DNA of 64,000 nucleotides. Origin: Minisyncoccia bacterium (GTDB lineage: Bacteria > Patescibacteriota > Minisyncoccia > SW-4-49-11). Under the pieces are notes generated by a model that made no database searches, had not been told where the DNA came from, and saw only the letters and a program-made list of their open reading frames with translations. The stretch lies in the NCBI GenBank assembly GCA_044356325.1, contig JBIKWJ010000004.1:402-64401 (forward strand), in the 5' to 3' direction. The position numbers and the translations under genes are program-made. Shown piece after piece: positions 1-10,386 of the stretch (within the stretch, counting starts at the first letter, position 1; each line of letters begins with the position of its first letter).

Positions 1-199
1 GACTTTTACCGGTTGAGAATATAAGTAATATCACAATAACTAATAGGAGAAGTCCTCTTATCATATTAACTTTAGCGAGTTCGCTTTTTTGTAACCCTAA
101 TTTTAATAATCCTTTTTCCTCTAACATATCTTTTAGTGATCTCACATATATGAGCCCCACCGTTAAGGGAATAATAGGTATAAGCCAAAAATATACCAT
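1..199 (-). CDS. Partial membrane protein (continues beyond the window start)
   Basis: Manual translation from ATG at 199 gives MVYFWLIPIIPLTVGLIYVRSLKDMLEEKG...RGLLLLVIVILLIF with no stop before base 1. It starts 2 nt after the upstream gene stop. Confidence 0.5.
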   Translation of the reverse strand, partial: MVYFWLIPIIPLTVGLIYVRSLKDMLEEKGLLKLGLQKSELAKVNMIRGLLLLVIVILLIFSTGKS

Positions 200-201
200 A
201 T

Positions 202-1761
202 TTACTTAATAATAATACTAATACGAGATGAAAGTACTGGTAATACGGGGATAAATCCTGGAATTAGCTTAATATCAGCTGAGTCTACATTGTCAAGACT
301 CTTAATATAATCTTGAGCCTGTGATATGGTTTTAAATCTAATATTACGAGAAATATCTCCCTCATCAAATTTTGGCTGTAAAGAATAATCTACATATACT
401 CTTGCTCTTACAGCCTGTTTATTAGGGAATTCTTGAGGTGGATCAAAATTAATTTTAATATCTGATCCTAATTCTCTTGAATCAATAACTTGTGAAGCTA
501 ATAAGGATTGTATTAATTTATTTAAATTCTCTTCTTTATAAAATAATCCTTGAATATTACCTGATGCTTTTACGGTAAAACTTCTTGATCTATCCCCTAT
601 ATTTGGAAGCCCCGTAAATTGAATATCATTTAATTTAGTTTGTATTGCTAAAGCCTTAGTATCTTTTCTCTCACCTATTTGTTGATTTACAATTTCAGTA
701 AGCTTTTTTTGCAAATCAGTTCTTGCTTTTTCTATATCTTTTTCTACAACAACAATTCCATCCTCGCTAGCTCCATTACTAATAGCTGTTCCTAACTCTC
801 CATAAATTGCAGCAAATTTAGTTGAATTATCCTCAAATCCTGGAATAGTTAATTTTCCCGCTGGGATATTATAATCTTCTCCTGAATTATCAGCTATGAT
901 TTTTGCTAACACAGAATTCTGAGCTGGTATAGTGACGGCTTCTGTGAGGCGAAATTGCTTGCCCTTTGATGAAAGAAATCGAGTATTTGAAACAAGTGAT
1001 TGTGAAGCTTTGGTTTCATTTTTAATAGTAATAGTAGCATTTGCCTTAGAGCCTCCAACTTGTGATCCAGTTCCCTCATATGTTCCTTCTACAGAAGCAC
1101 TAATAGTGTCTGTTGTGGATGGAGTTGCTTTATTACCAACACTAATATCGGTAATACTAGGGTCAAAAGTAATATCAAAATCTTTAGATAATGATTCTAA
1201 TTTTGTGGTAATAGTAATATCAGCTCTTGGGATAAATATAGAGAACCCCGCAATCAGAATTATTGTTATAATAATCACGCCTCTCAATACAAATTTCCAA
1301 GAAAGGACATCTGATTTTTTCTTTATTAATGGTTGTGGGTTAGTAGGTTCTGACTGAAATACTTCTGCAGAATTTGATTCAGGAGTAGATCTGGTAATAT
1401 TTTGATTCAATTGATATCCAAAAAAATCAGTATAGGGATCATTTTCTATATTTATACTTGTGGTCTCAGTAACCGTATGAGGAAGGCTGTTAGAATTTGT
1501 AATGGGAATATTGCTAATTGAGAGCAAAGATACCAAATCATTATCTGAACTAGATAATTCTATATTGTTCTTTGATAATAATTGTTTAATAGTATGGATA
1601 AATAAGCCTCTATTAATAGGATTATATAATATATCCATATTATCTGGTATATAAATCAATACTTTATCTCCTTTTACGATATCACTTTTAATTTGATATA
1701 TAATATCTGAGATTCCATCTTTTGGATTTAATATAAGTGATTTTGGAGTTATATTTTTCAT
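202..1761 (-). CDS. Single-pass membrane protein with baseplate J/gp47-like extracytoplasmic domain
   Basis: One TM segment (VLRGVIIITIILIAGFSIFIP) followed by KANATITIKN...TRF...F.LTEAVTIP...A...GEDYNIPAG, the pattern of CPR baseplate-J-like proteins. Confidence 0.65.
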   Translation of the reverse strand: MKNITPKSLILNPKDGISDIIYQIKSDIVKGDKVLIYIPDNMDILYNPINRGLFIHTIKQLLSKNNIELSSSDNDLVSLLSISNIPITNSNSLPHTVTETTSINIENDPYTDFFGYQLNQNITRSTPESNSAEVFQSEPTNPQPLIKKKSDVLSWKFVLRGVIIITIILIAGFSIFIPRADITITTKLESLSKDFDITFDPSITDISVGNKATPSTTDTISASVEGTYEGTGSQVGGSKANATITIKNETKASQSLVSNTRFLSSKGKQFRLTEAVTIPAQNSVLAKIIADNSGEDYNIPAGKLTIPGFEDNSTKFAAIYGELGTAISNGASEDGIVVVEKDIEKARTDLQKKLTEIVNQQIGERKDTKALAIQTKLNDIQFTGLPNIGDRSRSFTVKASGNIQGLFYKEENLNKLIQSLLASQVIDSRELGSDIKINFDPPQEFPNKQAVRARVYVDYSLQPKFDEGDISRNIRFKTISQAQDYIKSLDNVDSADIKLIPGFIPVLPVLSSRISIIIK

Positions 1762-1767
1762 AATGAT

Positions 1768-2970
1768 TTATTCGCTTAAACGATATGGTAGATGAATATC
1801 TGTAGGAATATTAGCAATATGTATAAGGCCAATAATATCAATGTAACGAGCATTATCTATTTTACTGGTCATATCAATAATGTGGGGAAATTGTTGTGGC
1901 GTAAGAATTGATATACCTGGTTTAATAAGAGAATTGACTGATTTATGCCAGTTACTGTATTCCAAAGCCTCTTTAATACCTAATAATTGTGCACCCTCTC
2001 CATATAATAGTATATGAGGAGGGAGATTTTCTAATTGAGCTTCCTGTAAACTCAAAATAATTCCTTGTAACCAAAGAGATATTTCTGGCTCAAGAGCATC
2101 AGTGATACGGCGAGACATATCTCTTGGTAATTGTAGACGACTATATTCTTGACGTACTATTTCAGCTTCATCAATAGTAATTTGAAATGCATTTGCAATA
2201 GCTTGAGTAAAACTATGACTTCCCATACTAAAGGATTGTATATAATTAATTTTTTGATTCTGAATAGTACTAATAGTGGTATGACCAAATCGGATATCTA
2301 CTAATATTACTGATATATCTTTATTACTATTATAATCTAATATAAGTTGACCTACGGCATATCCATGTTGATATACTCCTTCAATAGATAGTTCTATACT
2401 TTTTTCTATATTAATCAATGATTGTTTATAGGCAATAGGAATATAGGTGTTGAGGGTCTCTAGAGTTATCGTATGAGCTTTTTCTCCAATTGGTGATAAA
2501 GTCTCCTCCCCATCTAAACGAATATCATTGAGAGAAATCTGCGCCAAAGATAAAGGGAGTTTATGACCCAACGAAGTGACATAAGGCTCCTCATCAAATT
2601 GAACATATATATCATCAATAGTATTAATCCACTCTTTTGAATTAATACTTTTTCGTGGTTTTTCACGATTTATCTCAACAATACGATCTTTCATTTCTAC
2701 TAATGGTCCTGACACTCCCAATATCATACCTGTTTTATCTTCATCAGTATTGGCTTTAGATTCAAGGCAAGCATTTTCTATCGCTTGTATTAATAGTGTT
2801 TCTTGTTCAATAGCGTTAGTATTAACAACCCCAAAGGGTAATTGAGTTTGTCCAATACCTTGAATCAAGGTATTGCCAGTCTTAATATCAACAGTATAAT
2901 CAACCACAGTAACTCTATTCTCAGAGATATCTATAATAAGAGGTTCAGATGATACTTTTTTACCAAACAT
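1768..2970 (-). CDS. FtsA/PilM-like actin-fold protein (divergent)
   Basis: IIDISEN (phosphate 1-like), LVDIRFGHTTIS (phosphate 2-like), MGSHSFTQAIA...EAE and LYGEGAQL (adenosine motif). Confidence 0.7.
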   Translation of the reverse strand: MFGKKVSSEPLIIDISENRVTVVDYTVDIKTGNTLIQGIGQTQLPFGVVNTNAIEQETLLIQAIENACLESKANTDEDKTGMILGVSGPLVEMKDRIVEINREKPRKSINSKEWINTIDDIYVQFDEEPYVTSLGHKLPLSLAQISLNDIRLDGEETLSPIGEKAHTITLETLNTYIPIAYKQSLINIEKSIELSIEGVYQHGYAVGQLILDYNSNKDISVILVDIRFGHTTISTIQNQKINYIQSFSMGSHSFTQAIANAFQITIDEAEIVRQEYSRLQLPRDMSRRITDALEPEISLWLQGIILSLQEAQLENLPPHILLYGEGAQLLGIKEALEYSNWHKSVNSLIKPGISILTPQQFPHIIDMTSKIDNARYIDIIGLIHIANIPTDIHLPYRLSE

Positions 2971-2983
2971 CGTATTATATTAT

Positions 2984-3592
2984 TTATTTTGGATAGTATA
3001 ATAATATTAGCCAAATAATTTGTCCTATAAATCCTACTCCTAGGGGAATTGCCAAATTATCATCAAGTTTAGAGGCGAAGGTTTCAATAATCACTCCACT
3101 TATAGCTAATATAAGTGGAGTAATACCAAATCCCCATATACTACCTGCTATTACAAAGTTAGCAATTAAAGCTAATAATATACCCTCCCAAGTTGTTTTG
3201 TTTTCTGTATTCGGGAATACCTTCATTGTACCATAAATTCCTCCAATTGTAGAAAATGTATCCCCAATAATTGCAATTAATATTGCTGTGATTGAGACTA
3301 TTGGCTCAAAAAGGGCTGTAGTTACAATAGCTGCCAAAACTAAATTTAATCCATCAACATTAGTATGTTGCTCTTTTGGCTTTACAAGACTCGCAAATGG
3401 CACCCAAATACGCGTATCCAGACGTAAATATTCATATACCAGAAATCCTACTACAAATACAGCTAAAAATCCTCTGGCATATAGCTCTGCATTCGTAAAA
3501 GTTTGGACGGATATATACCAATACAACGCAAAAGGAAGTATAAGTGCTAAATGGAGAGATTTACGAAGTAATATATCTCTTTTTGTTTTCAT
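2984..3592 (-). CDS. Dolichol/phytol kinase-like (CTP-dependent polyprenol kinase family) membrane protein
   Basis: RKSLH, GDTFSTIGG, NKTTWEG and DDNLAIP motifs in a multi-TM protein. Confidence 0.75.
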   Translation of the reverse strand: MKTKRDILLRKSLHLALILPFALYWYISVQTFTNAELYARGFLAVFVVGFLVYEYLRLDTRIWVPFASLVKPKEQHTNVDGLNLVLAAIVTTALFEPIVSITAILIAIIGDTFSTIGGIYGTMKVFPNTENKTTWEGILLALIANFVIAGSIWGFGITPLILAISGVIIETFASKLDDNLAIPLGVGFIGQIIWLILLYYPK

Positions 3593-3593
3593 A

Positions 3594-5324
3594 TTATTCT
3601 ATTATAGCACGAATACGACGCACTCCGCGAGCAACAGCCTCTTCTTTTTTAATTTTGAATATACCTATTTCTCGAGTATTGTGAATATGAGGTCCCCCAC
3701 ATAATTCTTTCGAGATATTTCCAAAACTATATACATCTACTTGCTCTGGATAATTACGATTAGCTAAATATAAAGCTCCAGAATTTTTGGCCGCCTCTAG
3801 AGACATAGGAGTAATAATGACATCTACCCCAGCTTGAATATATTCATTTACTTTATTCTCCACCATTTGGATTTCCTCGGGAGTTAATTTTCTCTCAAAA
3901 CTAAAATCAAATCGTGTACGCTCAGCAGTAATATCTGAACCTTTTTGTTCTACTTCCTCTCCCAACACATCTCGCAAAGCCTTATTTAAAAGATGCGTAG
4001 CACTATGTAGTCGGGTCACAATAGCTAATTCCTCTTCATTCGCAGCTTTTAATTCTCCATTATCAAGAATTAATCCATGTCCACCAAATTTTTTGGCAGC
4101 TCCAGCTCGGGAAATACTCTGATGTTCCATCTTATAATTCTCAAAATCTTGCTCATCAAAAGATAACCCCTGTAATCGAAGAACTTCTGGGGATAATCCA
4201 TATGTTGAGGCTAATAAAAAAGCTTCTTCTCCTGACATATGAGGAATACGCTTTTTCTTTAATATTTTAGCCATATGTCGCTTACCACGTGATACTGACT
4301 CACTGAACAATGCATATTCCTCCTCAACACTATGTTTAATACTATCTTTTGCATTTATCAGCTCAGGATATCTCTTTTGATATGCTTCAATAATATTTTC
4401 AATAGTATTAAACACTAATTCTAAAGGCTTATCATAAGATGAAATAAGACTTAATACTTTTCTCAATAATCTTCTTAATATATATCCTTGTTCCTTATTG
4501 GATGGAACTACTCCCTCAGCTAAAAGAAAGGTACTAGCTCGAATATGATCAAATACTATACGATACATATCTAGTGATTGATTTGGAAATTGACTCTGTA
4601 TATTACCAATAATTGGAGTAAATATTTTGGTGTCATATACCGACTTTACTCCTTCTATTTGAGTGATAATGCGCTCCATGCCACCACCAGTATCTACCCC
4701 TTGTTGTTCTAATTCTTTTAGACTTCCATCTATTCCAGAATAATATTGATTAAATACAATATTCCATACCTCAACTCCCTTTACAAAAATCTCGGTAGTA
4801 GGGCCACAAGGTCCTTCAGCTCCTGTAGGCCCCCAAAAATTATCCTCTCTTCCAAGTTCTTTAATATCTAAATCTATTCCTTTATCCTGAGCTAATTGTT
4901 TCCATATAGCTAAAGTTTCCGTATCTTTTGGGCTTCTCTCATCCCCTTCAAAAATAGTTACATAATCAATTGTCATTCCGAGTTCCTCGACAATAAATTC
5001 ATATCCTAATTTGATAGCCTCTTGTTTAAAATAACTCCCCTCTCCACTGGGATAATGAAAGGAGAAATTCCCTAACATTTCAAAAAAAGTGTTATGAGTA
5101 TCATCTCCCACCTCATCAATATCATCTACTCTCAGACATTTTTGCACACTAATAACCCTATTTCCATAAGGAGATATTCTCCCCAGATAATAAGGCTTGA
5201 ATTGTTGCATACCAGCTGTAGTAAATAATACAGAATTATCTCCTTCTGGTAATAATGATGATGACTGTACTCTTATATGTCCTTTGGTCTCAAAATATTC
5301 AAAAAACTGCTGAATAATTTTCAT
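3594..5324 (-). CDS. alaS: Alanine--tRNA ligase (short form)
   Basis: LFTTAGMQQFKP, HNTFFEMLGNFS, GPCGP, editing HSATHLL and ELCGGPH, ending at GVRRIRA. Confidence 0.97.
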   Translation of the reverse strand: MKIIQQFFEYFETKGHIRVQSSSLLPEGDNSVLFTTAGMQQFKPYYLGRISPYGNRVISVQKCLRVDDIDEVGDDTHNTFFEMLGNFSFHYPSGEGSYFKQEAIKLGYEFIVEELGMTIDYVTIFEGDERSPKDTETLAIWKQLAQDKGIDLDIKELGREDNFWGPTGAEGPCGPTTEIFVKGVEVWNIVFNQYYSGIDGSLKELEQQGVDTGGGMERIITQIEGVKSVYDTKIFTPIIGNIQSQFPNQSLDMYRIVFDHIRASTFLLAEGVVPSNKEQGYILRRLLRKVLSLISSYDKPLELVFNTIENIIEAYQKRYPELINAKDSIKHSVEEEYALFSESVSRGKRHMAKILKKKRIPHMSGEEAFLLASTYGLSPEVLRLQGLSFDEQDFENYKMEHQSISRAGAAKKFGGHGLILDNGELKAANEEELAIVTRLHSATHLLNKALRDVLGEEVEQKGSDITAERTRFDFSFERKLTPEEIQMVENKVNEYIQAGVDVIITPMSLEAAKNSGALYLANRNYPEQVDVYSFGNISKELCGGPHIHNTREIGIFKIKKEEAVARGVRRIRAIIE

Positions 5325-5392
5325 GGTGAATACTATATTTAATCTTAGAATTAGAATATCATACTATTCCTTATCAAGCAATATACTGTATA

Positions 5393-6934
5393 TTAACGAA
5401 TCCTTTTATATAATGAATAGCCATTATGCTCAGCTATATCCTCTGGCACTAATACCCTCACACTATTGGGAGGCATATGTATATACAGAAATCCAGCATA
5501 TCCACTCAAGGGTTCAAATTCATCTGTTATTGGTAATAAATCTCTTAGCATAGAAACCTCTATTACAGAGCCATGACGCCATTGTATATGTTCAGTGATA
5601 GGTTTATCAGTTGTATTAACCACAATTAATACAGTCTCAGCCACATAATCAGTATATCGCTCAAAGGCAAGTAGTTGATGAGCCGTAGCTATACGAAAAT
5701 CTCCTATACGTAAAGCTCGATATTGTGTGCGTAAGGCAATAAGTTGTTTCATCCAAGTTAAATCAGCATTATTTTTATCAACGAGACTCCAATCCATAGG
5801 ACCACGATTGGCGGGATCCCAACCACCAGACATACCTAATTCGGAGCCATAATAAATATTAGGAGAACCTGGAAGTGTGAATTGTAATACTTGAGCAATT
5901 TTACGTTTAGATAAATCGGGAATTCTTGTTGCAAGACGTGCCAAATCATGATTATCTAATAATAACCAACTTTTGAGTAATGATTCAATTCCAATATCCA
6001 ATACCATATGAGCTAACATAGAGGCTGCGGTGGCAGACTTAAGTGAGCCTTCCACTAATAATAGTACTAAGCTTCTTAAATGATAATTCACAACCCCATC
6101 CATTGCCGGCATCCATCCTGCTGGATATGTGATAATTTCACCCACTATGAGAGATTCTGGGTTTTCTTTATGCGCAGCCTCAGTAAGTTCAGCGAGGAAA
6201 TTATGTCCCAAGTCATAGGCAGTATCAAGTCGCCAGCCATCAACTCCATCACGCAAATAACTTCTTACTATCGAATTCTCTGATTTCCACAAATAATCTC
6301 TCACCGAAGAATTTTCTAAATGTAATTCTGGTAAATTAAATTGCCCTCTCCAAACACGAGCCCCCCCGAGAATTTGAGTATCAAAAATAAACCAATTTCG
6401 CCATATACTCTCTATATCCTTTTCAGCTTCTTGAAACTTGCTTGCATTACGCCCCATATGATTAAACACTCCATCGAGTACCAATTTCATATTTCGGCTA
6501 TGAAGAGCATTTGCTAATTCCTTTACATATTCACGTGTACCAAGCTCAGGAGATATAGTCTCAAAATCTAAAGAATCATATTTGTGACTTGTAAAGCCAA
6601 GCTGAATTGGATTAAGATATAATACTTCAATACCTAAATCCTGTATATAATCAAGATGACTAATCAAACTGGCAATATCACCTCCCCAAAAATCTAATTC
6701 CTGACTCCAAACTTTACAATTATCTATAAAATTTCCAGGTTGAGGCAGCTCATTCCAGTCACGCAATTGACGGGGTGAAGCATATAGTGATTTTTTAGCG
6801 TCAATATTAGCTGAAGGAGCAAAGCGGTCTACCAATACCTGATATACAATAGCTCCATTACGCCAATCCGCCTCTCTCTTGGTATAAATATCTATAAATT
6901 CACTCGTATCAATCTCAGCTGTATTTTGTTCCAT
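5393..6934 (-). CDS. GH13 alpha-amylase family glycosidase (neopullulanase/cyclomaltodextrinase-like)
   Basis: VLDGVFNH, DGWRLD (nucleophile), VGEI (acid/base), DNHD and PGSPNIYYG. Confidence 0.9.
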   Translation of the reverse strand: MEQNTAEIDTSEFIDIYTKREADWRNGAIVYQVLVDRFAPSANIDAKKSLYASPRQLRDWNELPQPGNFIDNCKVWSQELDFWGGDIASLISHLDYIQDLGIEVLYLNPIQLGFTSHKYDSLDFETISPELGTREYVKELANALHSRNMKLVLDGVFNHMGRNASKFQEAEKDIESIWRNWFIFDTQILGGARVWRGQFNLPELHLENSSVRDYLWKSENSIVRSYLRDGVDGWRLDTAYDLGHNFLAELTEAAHKENPESLIVGEIITYPAGWMPAMDGVVNYHLRSLVLLLVEGSLKSATAASMLAHMVLDIGIESLLKSWLLLDNHDLARLATRIPDLSKRKIAQVLQFTLPGSPNIYYGSELGMSGGWDPANRGPMDWSLVDKNNADLTWMKQLIALRTQYRALRIGDFRIATAHQLLAFERYTDYVAETVLIVVNTTDKPITEHIQWRHGSVIEVSMLRDLLPITDEFEPLSGYAGFLYIHMPPNSVRVLVPEDIAEHNGYSLYKRIR

Positions 6935-7014
6935 TGATGGAAATAAAATAATATATTGTATTTATTATACCATATGTTATGATTTAGCAAATTAATTATG
7001 CTATACTAGTATAT

Positions 7015-8481
7015 ATGAAAACATCTCTTATTGTATATTGGGCTCGGCGAGATTTAAGACTAACCGATAATCCTGCATTATATCACTCTATTAATACCGC
7101 AAAAGAACGAAATATATCTTTTGCTCCTATTTTTATATTAGAAAATTATATGCTTGAGGCTAAACCTCAAGCTCAATTTGGCTATGCCCAAAGACATATA
7201 TTAAGCCAAGCTTTACCCGAGTTTATACAGCAATTTCCTCAATTTCATTTGATTAAAGGCAAGGGTGCTCAGTCAATTATTGACCTGAGTAAATCTTATC
7301 AAATTGAACTCTATGTCAATCATGATATATATCCTGATTTCACTAAGCAATTGCAAAAAATTAAAGAAGCTGGTATCAATATACATATTTATGCAGATAG
7401 ACTGAGCGTTGATACAGATACTCGCAGTCAAAATGGAAATTTGTATTCTGTATTTACCCCTTTCAAAAAATCTATTTGGCAAGAATTCTTAAATACCGAA
7501 ACTTATCCGAAGCCCGACCTAAATTCTATATCATATCAAGATATTATCTCAGATTGGAATTATATACAGGCTAACACTGACGCCATACAACAAGAATTTT
7601 CCTCCAATAGAGATATCTTAATTGAAGATAGAGTATATGATTTAACTCAATATATTCCTCTTCCCGATTTATCTCTATGGTATTATTCTGAGGCTGAGGC
7701 TTTAGCATTATTCAAACATTTCCTTGATTCTGGCTTTCTTGATAATTATCATCTTAATAGAGATTCCCTGGAACTCGATACTATTGATAATGGTAAAACT
7801 TCAAAAATGAGTTTAGCTCTTGCTTGGGGATTTGTCTCAAGTAGAGCTCTTAGGCAAATGATACAAAAACATAGTAATAATACTCTTGAATCAGCTCTGA
7901 TAGATAACCAATATCCTGGAGCTACTATATATATATCCGAGCTTATTTGGAGAGAATTTTATGCCTATTTATTATATCATCAACCTAAATTACTCAATAC
8001 CGAATTTCAATTGCAATTCCGGGATACTATTGATTGGACTTCAGGAGAAAAGGCTCATAAAAGATTTCTTGCTTGGATTAAAGGAGATACCGGCTATCCC
8101 ATTGTCGATGCTGCCATGAGGCAATTAGCTCAAACAGGATGGATGCATAATCGATCCCGTATGATTGTAGCAAGTATATTAACCAAACATCTTGGAATTG
8201 ATTGGCGATGGGGACAAGAATATTTTCAGGCTACTCTTGTAGATTTAGATGAACCCTCTAATAATGGAGGTTGGCAATGGGGAGCTTCTGTAGGAGCTGA
8301 TCCTAAGCCGATTCGTATATTTAACCCTTATCTTCAGGCGAAAAATTATGATACAAAAGGAATATATCAGTCAAAATGGCTTGGAGAAAGCTATATTCCC
8401 CCACTTACACCTATTATTGAGCATAGTAAGGCAAGAGAACAAGCAATATTACGTTATAAGCAAGCTAAGTTCAAACTATAA
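7015..8481 (+). CDS. phrB: Deoxyribodipyrimidine photolyase (CPD class I)
   Basis: W.RRDLRLTDNPAL, ELIWREF, TGYPIVDAAMRQL..TGWMHNR.RM and NNGGWQW. Confidence 0.92.
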   Translation: MKTSLIVYWARRDLRLTDNPALYHSINTAKERNISFAPIFILENYMLEAKPQAQFGYAQRHILSQALPEFIQQFPQFHLIKGKGAQSIIDLSKSYQIELYVNHDIYPDFTKQLQKIKEAGINIHIYADRLSVDTDTRSQNGNLYSVFTPFKKSIWQEFLNTETYPKPDLNSISYQDIISDWNYIQANTDAIQQEFSSNRDILIEDRVYDLTQYIPLPDLSLWYYSEAEALALFKHFLDSGFLDNYHLNRDSLELDTIDNGKTSKMSLALAWGFVSSRALRQMIQKHSNNTLESALIDNQYPGATIYISELIWREFYAYLLYHQPKLLNTEFQLQFRDTIDWTSGEKAHKRFLAWIKGDTGYPIVDAAMRQLAQTGWMHNRSRMIVASILTKHLGIDWRWGQEYFQATLVDLDEPSNNGGWQWGASVGADPKPIRIFNPYLQAKNYDTKGIYQSKWLGESYIPPLTPIIEHSKAREQAILRYKQAKFKL

Positions 8482-8517
8482 TAGGAAAGTATTTAGTTTT
8501 CTATTATAGACTGATTT

Positions 8518-10386
8518 TTATTCCAATATTCCATCTGCATTATATTTTACAATATACATATCTGGACCAATGGAAGTAGTAAGTTCAGTTTGATTAGTAT
8601 CTCCATTCCCCAAAACAATAGTACCACCAAATTTTCCTACAGAAACAAGACTACCATCTACACTAGCAGAGATATCATTTCCATAATCATCACCAGTTCC
8701 ACCAGCTCTCTTTGCCCAAGCCAAACTTCCATCTGCATTATATTTTGCAGTAATTATATCATATCCTCCTGCACTTGTCAGAGGTACCGCGGATCCATCT
8801 ATTGTTAGAGTATTTTGGAAAAATCCAGTTAATATCACAGACCCATCTGATAAAGCAGCAGATCCCTGAAAAATATCAAAACCACTCCCTCCAATTTTTT
8901 TTACCCAAGCTAAACTTCCATTTGTATTATATTTTGCAACATAACCCTCAGCTACACCCAAATTTGATAATATTGTTTGATTTGACTCTCCTGGTGCAAA
9001 AGTAATCTGTTGACCCCAACCACCTGCCCAACCAGTAATGATACTACTTCCATCACTAAACCCAGTCATACTACTCACAGCATCATATCCATTTCCACCA
9101 GCTCTCTTTGCCCAAGCCAAACTTCCATCTGCATTATATTTTGCTATGAATATAGTATAATTTCCTGTACCTGTATTTAAAGTAGTAGCATTAGGATCCC
9201 CTACGCCAAAGGTTGTATTACTAGCAAAGAAACCTCCTACCATAAAGCTATTGTCAGCAAATGTATGTATTGCTCTTCCTCCTTGATCATGTACACCTTT
9301 TACATCCTTCGCCCAAACCAAGCTTCCATTTGCTGCATATTTTGCAATAAATATATCTGGTCTATCTAAACAGGTTGGTAAACAATCACGACTAGTAAAA
9401 GAAATTTGATTAGATTCACCCTGCCCAAATGTTGCGGTACCAGAGAACATCCCTGTAATAATACTAGTACCGTCAGTAAATGCTCCTAGCCCATAAGCAG
9501 AATCACTTCCATTAAATGTTCCCGCACCTCCGGCTCTTTTTGCCCACATTAATGTTCCATCTACATTGTATTTAGCTAGATAAATATCTTCAAGCCCAGC
9601 ACTCGTTAAATTAACAGCTCCTGTTTCTCCAGGACCAAATGTTATAGTATTTTTAAACCCCCCTGCAACTACAAAAGTACCATCCGCAAAGCTTTTAATC
9701 CGTGTTTCACCTACTATAGGTATATTACCACTAGTTCCACCAGCTCTCTTTGCCCAAACCAAGCTTCCATTTGCATTATATTTAGCAATAGCAAGTTCTG
9801 CAGATCCCGCACTTGTTAAACTAACAGCAACTGTTTCCCCAGCCCCAAATACCGCCGTCCCAGTAAAAGGTCCTGCTACGATACTGCTCCCATCTGATAA
9901 AGCAACTACTGAGTTAGTTCTACCAGTTGTTTCTGTAACAGTTGCTTTTTTTGCCCAGGTAATACTTAGAGCAAAAGAATTTATACCTATAACTTTTCCT
10001 AACTCACCAGTTAATACTTTAAGACTTATTTGTCCATTAGTTGGGTTTAATGCTATCTGATAATTGTCTCCCAAGGGATCTTTCGGTATTGCAGCTATAT
10101 AATCTGGGGCTAATGCACTTAAATTAACGCAATTAGTGGTTACTCCTACTGGACAAATATCTTTATATGATGTTGTAATACCGGTTGGATATGATCGATT
10201 TGTAACAAAATAATTCTCTAATGCTTGATTGATTTTAGTAATATCATCTAATCTAACGGTATTACGAGCTGATTGTAATTGTCTAGCAGGGTTAATTGCA
10301 ACTAATACAATGGAAGCTAATATACCTATTAAAGCTACTACTAATAGTATTTCTAATAAGGTGAAACCTTTTTTTTGTTTTTTCAT
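8518..10386 (-). CDS. Type IV pilin-like protein with C-terminal beta-propeller-type repeats
   Basis: Class III signal KKG/FTLLEILLVV, followed by about 7 repeats containing AKYNADGSL.WAKRAGG. Confidence 0.85.
   Translation of the reverse strand: MKKQKKGFTLLEILLVVALIGILASIVLVAINPARQLQSARNTVRLDDITKINQALENYFVTNRSYPTGITTSYKDICPVGVTTNCVNLSALAPDYIAAIPKDPLGDNYQIALNPTNGQISLKVLTGELGKVIGINSFALSITWAKKATVTETTGRTNSVVALSDGSSIVAGPFTGTAVFGAGETVAVSLTSAGSAELAIAKYNANGSLVWAKRAGGTSGNIPIVGETRIKSFADGTFVVAGGFKNTITFGPGETGAVNLTSAGLEDIYLAKYNVDGTLMWAKRAGGAGTFNGSDSAYGLGAFTDGTSIITGMFSGTATFGQGESNQISFTSRDCLPTCLDRPDIFIAKYAANGSLVWAKDVKGVHDQGGRAIHTFADNSFMVGGFFASNTTFGVGDPNATTLNTGTGNYTIFIAKYNADGSLAWAKRAGGNGYDAVSSMTGFSDGSSIITGWAGGWGQQITFAPGESNQTILSNLGVAEGYVAKYNTNGSLAWVKKIGGSGFDIFQGSAALSDGSVILTGFFQNTLTIDGSAVPLTSAGGYDIITAKYNADGSLAWAKRAGGTGDDYGNDISASVDGSLVSVGKFGGTIVLGNGDTNQTELTTSIGPDMYIVKYNADGILE

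Noticed and set aside
202-1761. Prophage or contractile injection system suggested by the baseplate-J-like domain
   Set aside because: No other phage structural genes or integrase are present, and the gene is membrane-anchored within a housekeeping operon.
5393-6934. GH13 gene as part of a sugar-utilisation locus
   Set aside because: No adjacent transporter or regulator is present. It looks like a lone acquired enzyme, and its origin cannot be tested here.
8697-9144. DGR template/variable repeat pair
   Set aside because: The copies are identical, in-frame protein repeats with no adenine-specific mismatches, and no reverse transcriptase is in the window.
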